64,000 nucleotides of DNA from the IMG/VR virus record IMGVR_UViG_3300045119_000356, positions 6,276 through 70,275 of that record, one strand, 5' to 3'. The notes below the pieces were generated by a model, which did no database searches, had not been told where the DNA came from, and was given only the letters and a program-made list of their open reading frames with translations. The DNA comes from a virus. Each line of letters begins with the position of its first letter. The first letter of the stretch is position 1. The position numbers and the translations under genes were made by a program. Positions 57,128 to 64,000 of this stretch are shown here, piece by piece.

Positions 57128-59875
57128 TCATTCTGGCTCAGGTACCTCGATAGTGCGAGGCGTAATCGTCAGGGTCGCTTTCAAGTCGTCAGCTTGGAGA
57201 TCCCCCTCAATTTCAGGCTGACCGCGAGACGCGAGGATCGCGAATCTCACAGGTCGGCCCTCCCGGCCAGAAGGTGGAATGAGCAACCTGTCCCCCTCGT
57301 AGATACCCACATCATTGAAGGCTCCGGACCCATCCGAAGCCTCGCGCAAAACCCGATCCCACCGAACCCTGAGATCGCGCCCTGCGTATATCGCGGCGTC
57401 TTGGATAGTTTCCGTCCCGGCAAATACTTCAAATCCCACAAAGCTCGCGTAATTGCTTTCACTGCTCCCACTCGGCGCGGCAGCAACAGTGTTGTGAATT
57501 CCATACCCCCCCGTAGCAAGTACTCCGCCGGTAGCAAGGTCTGCATCTGGTACCCACATCAGAGACCCGAAGAGCGTTCCCCCAAGGCTCAGCAAGGCAG
57601 ATCCGCTCCCATCCGAAGCACAGTGAAGAGTGACTCTGTAGACCGATGACGGATTGATATTGAGCGGAGAACTAGCGAGTTGTACCCAAGCGCCCGCCTT
57701 CTTTTTAAACACTTGGAAGTGAAACTGATAAACAATCGTAGAAATAAACACCTTGGCAATTCTGCACATAACTAGATTGTTGATATCCGTCCATCGTGCA
57801 AAGACGCCTGAACGCTGACTGCAAACAGTCGCCCAACCTGGCATCACTTCGCACTTAACAGTTACATCGGCTTGTGCCCCCGTCCCAAGGCGGTTATACC
57901 GCCCTGTAGCAGCACCCGCAAGCCCTGCGGCAACGTCATTCCCTGCGCCACTAACATCTACGGTAGACGGATAACGATAAACCGACTGACCCCCTGACTC
58001 CAAAAAGTCATCGGCATCCCCAAACCCACTCCATTTTCCTCCCAGGATCGCTGTCGCACCTGCGAGAGGTGTATTCACCGCGGCCGAGAAATTATCACTC
58101 GCTATAGAAGTTCCAACCGTATCCGGAGGGACGGCCATCGCCCTGACTTCACCATAGAACTCTTCTGCCGGCAGAACCCCCAACCAATCGACCTGAGCAA
58201 CGTCACCGACTACCGTTGACTTGATCGCAAGTCTCCCCTCCCACCGCTGAGCACCGATGGTCGCAGCACTCAGGCGTACAAGCCCCAAGTCGATCAGCGT
58301 CCATTCGCCCTCGCGCGAATCGAGAATGAACGAGACGGAATCAAGGGAGCGCCAGCGCAGCAGGTCTCCCTGCGCGTAGTCGAGGCGAAATGACACTTCC
58401 CCTTTGTTCGTGGTTGGCATCCACACACGCGCCCAGACCCGATGCGCCCCAACGTGAGACATGTAGACCCCGGCACTGGAGCGAGTAGAGAGGTAAGAGC
58501 TGAACCCGGTGCCCAGTGTGCAAGAGATGACCTTGTTCGCTTCACTCCCGCTTGGCACGCCAGAGCCCGCAGCGAGCGTCGCACTGTTGAGGCGCAGCCG
58601 GTTCTCCGCCTCATAGAAGACATCTGCGTTGGCCGACAGGTCGAGGAACCGCGAAGCCATCGCAACGGCTACGAATTTTCTGTCTACGCCCTGCGTATCC
58701 TCAATGAGGAGATCTCCGAGGGCGGGCATGTTGCCGGGGATCGTCGTCTCGGTGAATTTCATCACCGGCAGTGTTTTCTCTTCATGTGCGCCCAGGACTA
58801 TTGGCTGAAGCCTCGCGCCGGGCTTGCAGATCAGTTCAAAGGAGAACTCCTGCTGGCCCTGGTTGAAGGCTTTATCCCATTCGCCTACGAAGGTCGCCTC
58901 AACTACGTCGAACACCATCGATGACCCATCGGGCAGCACGCGCTTAAACGTTCCGCCCTCGTCGGCGAGCTTCTCGATCTTCTCCTGAAGGTCGTAGAGG
59001 CTGCGAATGAACCGCTTGCGATCCTGTCCGCTGCCGACTCGCGTCGAAGTCGATTCGTGGGGTTTGCCATTCCAGTAGCACCCAGGCGTGTCGCCACTCA
59101 AGAATGACGTAGGGCTGACACCCGACTCGATCTGGAAGGCATCGGAGTAAACTACGCCAGTCCCCACGGAGGTCGGCTCTTTGCCCGAGGTGCGCAAAAA
59201 CAAGTCACCCACTAGATCACCCGCGACGACTTTGACTGTCGTGTAAATACGCTGCCATTGCCCCCGCTTGTTCATGTCAGCGGCAACAGTTTTTTCAGTC
59301 GTTGCGCCTGTGTACCCCTCAGCACTCAGAGTCGGAGTGCCTCCGTCCCAAGTAGCAGGAATGAAGACAAACAGCGACACGCAATAGGTACCAGCCGCGG
59401 GGAAAGCAAAGTGGGAAAACCCCATATTGGTTTCCCCAGTATTAACCCCGCCGTAAGCGTGCTTGTCCCTGAACTCTCCGCTCAACGAAACGGCAGTCAC
59501 AGAGTTGCCGAGCTCTCTGGTCACGGCGAAATCAACGCCGTTCATAAACTTCTTGACGGTCTCGCCGTCCGGGTTTGTTGCCAGATTGGTTGCCGCTCCG
59601 ACCCCCGTCGCCTCGCTGACGTAGACCTTGATCGGAATTTTCCTGTTGCCGAACTTGGGTTTGCCAAAACGAGCTTCCCCCTGAGAGTCGCGCGAGGAGG
59701 CGAAGGTGCTCTGCATCTCTGGACGCGGGTAGCTGTGCTCGACGAGAAAGATCCCGTGCCCCTCCGGACTCGGAGTGCGCAGCCCGGTGACCTCCAGCGG
59801 TGCATTCGCCACCACTTGGTATGGCGGCGCCTCGCTGATCGGGTCGAATATCAGGCGTTCAAGCGTTTCGAGCAT
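57128..59875 (-). CDS. Distal tail/receptor-binding protein with carbohydrate-binding-like domains
   Basis: NL..NP..E...WQR.....D..Q.E.G..P...GD CBM-like insert; directly after the tape measure. Confidence 0.7.
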   Translation of the reverse strand: MLETLERLIFDPISEAPPYQVVANAPLEVTGLRTPSPEGHGIFLVEHSYPRPEMQSTFASSRDSQGEARFGKPKFGNRKIPIKVYVSEATGVGAATNLATNPDGETVKKFMNGVDFAVTRELGNSVTAVSLSGEFRDKHAYGGVNTGETNMGFSHFAFPAAGTYCVSLFVFIPATWDGGTPTLSAEGYTGATTEKTVAADMNKRGQWQRIYTTVKVVAGDLVGDLFLRTSGKEPTSVGTGVVYSDAFQIESGVSPTSFLSGDTPGCYWNGKPHESTSTRVGSGQDRKRFIRSLYDLQEKIEKLADEGGTFKRVLPDGSSMVFDVVEATFVGEWDKAFNQGQQEFSFELICKPGARLQPIVLGAHEEKTLPVMKFTETTIPGNMPALGDLLIEDTQGVDRKFVAVAMASRFLDLSANADVFYEAENRLRLNSATLAAGSGVPSGSEANKVISCTLGTGFSSYLSTRSSAGVYMSHVGAHRVWARVWMPTTNKGEVSFRLDYAQGDLLRWRSLDSVSFILDSREGEWTLIDLGLVRLSAATIGAQRWEGRLAIKSTVVGDVAQVDWLGVLPAEEFYGEVRAMAVPPDTVGTSIASDNFSAAVNTPLAGATAILGGKWSGFGDADDFLESGGQSVYRYPSTVDVSGAGNDVAAGLAGAATGRYNRLGTGAQADVTVKCEVMPGWATVCSQRSGVFARWTDINNLVMCRIAKVFISTIVYQFHFQVFKKKAGAWVQLASSPLNINPSSVYRVTLHCASDGSGSALLSLGGTLFGSLMWVPDADLATGGVLATGGYGIHNTVAAAPSGSSESNYASFVGFEVFAGTETIQDAAIYAGRDLRVRWDRVLREASDGSGAFNDVGIYEGDRLLIPPSGREGRPVRFAILASRGQPEIEGDLQADDLKATLTITPRTIEVPEPE

Positions 59876-62800
59876 CTACTTTCCTCCGTAGCTAACTCGG
59901 CGCCCTGGCGCCGACACTGTCGTTCTAGCAGTCCCCGCGGCATGACCGAGCTCACGCAAGCGGCCGTCAACCACAGCGCTGATGTGCGGGTTGAGCGCCT
60001 CCATCGCGCCAGAGAGATGCAGTGCAAAGGGAACGTGGACGCTGGGGTTAGAAGCACCGACCGCGGCGCCAGGCGCCGGCACGCTCCCAGGCGTGATCTG
60101 TCCGCCGCGAGCAAAGGTCGGCGCCGAGAAGAGCGCGCTCTGAGATGCACCGACCAGTGCAGTGCGTTGAACGTTCAGAGCGATTTCACTGAGCAGCGGA
60201 GCGAGTTCTTCGCGTCGAGCTGTTTCAAAGGCTTCGCGTTCTTCGATTTCTTCGCGTTCGCGTTCGACCGGGTCGAGGATGCCTTCGCTTTCTTCTTCGT
60301 AGCGCTGTTCGGCGCGGTTACCACGGCGGGTGGCTCGCCGTTTGACCTGCGCACCGTGTTTGCGGATCTGCGCAGCTACTCGTTTGCGCTGCTGCGCAGG
60401 AGTCATCACTTTCGCTGAGCGGCCGGCGGAGACCGCGGCTTTCGCTTTGCCGCCTTTCGCCAGCAGCCGACCTCCGCGTGCGAACGAGCGTCCGCTCGGC
60501 CGCGAGACTCGACCGCCGCGAGCACGTTTCGCAGCGCCGCGGCGGCGCTTCGTATGGTCGCCGTTGCGCAGCCGCTTGCGCAGCCCTCGGAGCTTCGCTC
60601 GCGCGAATTCACGCTGTTCGCGTTCTGGCTTCAGCGAGGCGATGACCGCGTCGCGGCGGTCGGTGACTTCGCTGCGCTTGCGCTCGTAGGGCGCCAGGTG
60701 TCCTTCGGTGAAGGTGTTCAAGTAAGAGGACCGCCGGCCCGCCGCGAGCTGGTCGAGCGCGGCGAGCGAGCTGTAGCCCTGCGAGTACGCGCCGGTTTCC
60801 GGCGTGACCGGCGAGTGGTAGCCGATCGCTTCGGAGATGGTGTTTGGGCTCAGCGCGGTGACGCTGGTCAGCAGCGGATTCGACGGGAACGATTCTTCGG
60901 CTGCTTTGCGTTCTTCACCGAGAGTAGTCCTGTATTCAGCGACTCGGCGCAGGTAGTCGTCAACGATTTTCGTGTATTTCAGCACTGGCATGCTGCGCCA
61001 GTCCGGCCGGCCATCCTTCATCAGCGAGAACGGCAAACCGATGCCCGTTTCAGCCGCCAACTGCAAGAGCGACGCCGGGCTGTACCGACCAGTCGGCGTT
61101 GCAGCGTATTCACTGCCTCCGAGTGCCGTCTTCTTTTTCGGGCCCTTGCCCCAAGGCTTGCTGGCATCGTGCCCGCGCCAAACGCCAGTCTTGGGAGAGG
61201 CTCCTTCTTCGCCGCGACCACCGAGATGGCGAGCGATGGCTGCCGGGTCTCCGCGGTAGTGCTGGTTGTAGCCGGTGACGTACTTCGTCGCATGCCAGAT
61301 GCTAGAGCTCGGCAAGCCGTCCCCGACGATGTCCTTCGCCTGGAGCGCGGCCAGGATCGGGTTGCGCATCGTTGCTGAGGTAGTCCCTGGGTTCGACTGC
61401 TGATGAATCGCCAGCCAGCCGAAGCTCCTCCCCGGCGGATCCGGAACGTCAGTGCCAGGGTGAAGGAGGTTCTCGCTTTTGCCGATCTGCGCCATCGTGA
61501 CGCCGGGCAGCCCTGCCCACTCCCCCAGAGCAGCCGCGACATACGGCGGCAATGTGGCGCCGCTGGTGCCGTCTGACTTCGGGTAAGTCTTGTCGATGGA
61601 GGTGCCGCCCCAGACGCCTTTGACGCCGCCACCACGAGCGAGGTGGCGAAGCATCCGACCGCCGCGGGCATACCAGCCTGCGCTCTGCTCATGCGCCCAG
61701 GCGCCCGCTGGTGAGCCGTAGCGTTCCCTGATGTAGTTGACCATCCATTCGAGCTGAAGACGCGCCGATTTGATCCCGCTGTACGGCCACGCGCCGGCCG
61801 GGTACTTCGACGGCGGCAGGGCCTGCGCGAGGCCCGCCGCACCTGATTCAGGGTTTTCCGCGCGAGGGTTCCAACCAGCCTCTTGCATCTCCAGCGAGTT
61901 GAAAGCGCCGAATTCGCTGGGACTCCAGACCTGAGCCACCATTTCTCGCGCCATCTTCTGGATCGGTCCGTTCGCCACAGACAGGCCGAGCCCACCGGCC
62001 GAGCTGCGAGCACCGGCTTTCTTGTCGAGATACTTGTTCGCTCCCGCCGTCGCCCTATCGAGAGCCGTCTGGGCGAGAGTGGCGAAGGTGCCGTCAGGGC
62101 CCAGGACGTGCGGAGCTTTGAGGTGTTTGATCCTCTGGCGGGCACCGCTACCAGCCGGACCGACTAGGGCCCCTGAGGCGCCGCCGGCGAGGAGCTGCAC
62201 GTGGTTGACCTCATGCGCGCTAGCAGGGTAGAACGGGCGGTAGAGACCGACTGCCTTCAGCGCCGCCTCGCTGACGCCAAACATCGTGTCGAGCAACGGA
62301 GAGCCGACGCCGATGTCAGCAGCTTCTCCGCGGGTATGAGGGTCGTTCGCGAAACCGCCAACTTCGACCGAATGTGCAGGTGAGCGATACCCCGAGATCA
62401 CGTAGACGACTTTGCCGAGCTCAGCGGAGAGCGCCTTCAAGTCGCGATAAATCGCAGGCTCCGACCCGACGCCCATATTGACCCCTGCGTCGAGGACCAC
62501 ATGCCCGCCGCTCGTAGTGGGTCGCGGAGCTCGCCCTCCTTTCGCCATGTAGTGCGGGCGGTCGTAGGTGGCGAAGAAGCCGTCGAGGCCGCCCTGAACG
62601 CCTAGAGCGGCTTCTACGGCGTAATCAAGCAGTGGCTGCTGATGGCGATTCGCAGCGAAGAGATCCTCGCCCGGAGCAACCATCGCGTGCACCCCCGGCA
62701 GGTAGACGCTGTCTTGCAGTCCTTCCCCCGGCACGGTGAACACGCCGCCGCTGGCGAGCTTCTGCGGAGCACCTCTGTTTTTGCCGCCGGGAGAGTCGTC

Positions 62801-64000
62801 GCCTTTGAGACTGAGGTTGACGTTTTTGACGCCGAAGGCTTTCAGCGCCCGAATCGTCGCCCCCTGAATGTGCTGCATCCCTTCAGAGGTGACGCGGTCC
62901 ATCTGACCCACGTTCTGCCCCAGCGTTTCGGACATCGAGCTGCTGCGTTTCGAGACGATTTCGCGCATCCCCTCGAAGCGCGAATCCGTGTTCCCCAGCA
63001 TCGCTTTGGTCGCCTTGTCGTGAGTGCCCTGCATGTCCTGCGCCGAGCCGCCGACCGCTTTGTCCATCTTGCGAGCTTCGTCGCTGCTGCCCTTGCGGAT
63101 CTTCGTGAAGCGGTCGAGCACTTCTTTTTCCATGCCCTGGGTCTCAGCCCCTACGTCACGACGCAGTTTGTGGTGCTCGGCAGTGACCTTCTTGCGCGTG
63201 TCCTGGGCCTCGCCCTCGGCCTTCTTGCCGCCACGGCCGCCCAGAGACATCTCGCTCGTGCTGCCGCGCTGCACTGCTCCAGCCCGACCCCGGAACTGCC
63301 GCGGCGGCGGCCAAGGCGGCGGGCCGGCCGGCGGCGGCTGCCCCCACAGCATTTCGTAGTTCGCTCGCGCTTCCTTGTTAGAGACAGGCGCTTCGGCTTC
63401 CTGGTGTTCGCGCCGTTTCGTCTTCTTCGGGGTGCGCCGTTCTGCTTCCCGCCGAGCTTTCTGCCCAGTCGGCGTTTCCTGAGATTCGCGTTCGGCCTGC
63501 TCCCATTCACCTTTCTTGCCGGCCGCTGCGTCCCATTTGACGTGGCCGACTTCACCGATGTGCGGTGCGTGGACGCCCAGCTTGCCGAGAGGATTCGCCT
63601 TGTCGAGCGCTGCGTTGATCCCCTTGATACCGAGATTGACTATGTCGATCAGAGCGTTAACGAAGTTCTGACCTGCGTTTTCACCCCATTGGCGCATGGC
63701 TAGTGCGGTTTTCGGATGCGACTCGGCAAACATCTGCCCCAGCTCGTAGCCGATCAAGGCAGCACCGATCAGTGCGCCGATCACGAATGCCCTACCGGCG
63801 AGTTTGCCGCCTCCCTCGAACATCTTGGCGAGTCGGGGGAACTTCGCGGAGAGCACTTCACCCAGGCGCCCACCTGCCGCCATGCCGGCTGCTACCTCCG
63901 GCGCAAAGACGCCGATGAAGGCGATGGCCGCTCGTCGCGCCACCGCTTTGAACTTGCCGATCTGTTTGCTGATCCCGCCGGCTGCCTGGGCGGCAACTTC
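59876..64000 (-). CDS. Tape measure protein (5' truncated) with C-terminal peptidoglycan hydrolase domains
   Basis: Frame open to the window end; helical repeats; A.GG linkers; M15-like SGYR...H..G.AADI...HVQL; SLT-like QEAGWNP.A.NP.SGA.GL.Q...YI..RYG. Confidence 0.88.
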   Translation of the reverse strand, partial: EVAAQAAGGISKQIGKFKAVARRAAIAFIGVFAPEVAAGMAAGGRLGEVLSAKFPRLAKMFEGGGKLAGRAFVIGALIGAALIGYELGQMFAESHPKTALAMRQWGENAGQNFVNALIDIVNLGIKGINAALDKANPLGKLGVHAPHIGEVGHVKWDAAAGKKGEWEQAERESQETPTGQKARREAERRTPKKTKRREHQEAEAPVSNKEARANYEMLWGQPPPAGPPPWPPPRQFRGRAGAVQRGSTSEMSLGGRGGKKAEGEAQDTRKKVTAEHHKLRRDVGAETQGMEKEVLDRFTKIRKGSSDEARKMDKAVGGSAQDMQGTHDKATKAMLGNTDSRFEGMREIVSKRSSSMSETLGQNVGQMDRVTSEGMQHIQGATIRALKAFGVKNVNLSLKGDDSPGGKNRGAPQKLASGGVFTVPGEGLQDSVYLPGVHAMVAPGEDLFAANRHQQPLLDYAVEAALGVQGGLDGFFATYDRPHYMAKGGRAPRPTTSGGHVVLDAGVNMGVGSEPAIYRDLKALSAELGKVVYVISGYRSPAHSVEVGGFANDPHTRGEAADIGVGSPLLDTMFGVSEAALKAVGLYRPFYPASAHEVNHVQLLAGGASGALVGPAGSGARQRIKHLKAPHVLGPDGTFATLAQTALDRATAGANKYLDKKAGARSSAGGLGLSVANGPIQKMAREMVAQVWSPSEFGAFNSLEMQEAGWNPRAENPESGAAGLAQALPPSKYPAGAWPYSGIKSARLQLEWMVNYIRERYGSPAGAWAHEQSAGWYARGGRMLRHLARGGGVKGVWGGTSIDKTYPKSDGTSGATLPPYVAAALGEWAGLPGVTMAQIGKSENLLHPGTDVPDPPGRSFGWLAIHQQSNPGTTSATMRNPILAALQAKDIVGDGLPSSSIWHATKYVTGYNQHYRGDPAAIARHLGGRGEEGASPKTGVWRGHDASKPWGKGPKKKTALGGSEYAATPTGRYSPASLLQLAAETGIGLPFSLMKDGRPDWRSMPVLKYTKIVDDYLRRVAEYRTTLGEERKAAEESFPSNPLLTSVTALSPNTISEAIGYHSPVTPETGAYSQGYSSLAALDQLAAGRRSSYLNTFTEGHLAPYERKRSEVTDRRDAVIASLKPEREQREFARAKLRGLRKRLRNGDHTKRRRGAAKRARGGRVSRPSGRSFARGGRLLAKGGKAKAAVSAGRSAKVMTPAQQRKRVAAQIRKHGAQVKRRATRRGNRAEQRYEEESEGILDPVEREREEIEEREAFETARREELAPLLSEIALNVQRTALVGASQSALFSAPTFARGGQITPGSVPAPGAAVGASNPSVHVPFALHLSGAMEALNPHISAVVDGRLRELGHAAGTARTTVSAPGRRVSYGGK

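Overview
The whole window is one high-GC tailed dsDNA phage (siphovirus-like) genome segment. No host housekeeping genes, integrase, DNA polymerase, tRNA or CRISPR array are visible. Almost all credible genes are on the minus strand. Reading from 64000 down, the order is: tape measure (5' truncated, three C-terminal peptidoglycan-hydrolase-like domains), two tail proteins, a lysis cassette, an origin-like non-coding gap (~52.7-53.0 kb), ~37 kb of early/replication/accessory genes (ThyX-like, KTSC, SNF2 helicase with an HNH-type intein, SSB-like, RepB-type primase, DNA methylase, UvrD-like helicase, VRR-NUC, mIHF-like, ASCH, displaced small terminase, many wHTH/Zn-finger microgenes), a structured non-coding gap (~15.3-16.1 kb), large terminase, a direct-repeat-flanked peptidase/amidase insert, portal, scaffold, major capsid, a fibre-like module, head-tail proteins and a minor capsid (MuF-like) protein with a metallopeptidase-like tail. 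An actinobacterial host, possibly Thermoleophilia/Solirubrobacterales, is inferred from the mIHF-like gene, a host-style secreted repeat protein and leaderless TAnnnT promoters. The clearest unexplained signal is a palindromic operator (core GTAC-CTAG-GTAC, about 15 copies) sitting on the predicted early promoters. Also notable are two mutually inverted TTATCC-repeat elements and several large structured intergenic RNAs. All product calls come from motif recognition by eye, not from database searches.
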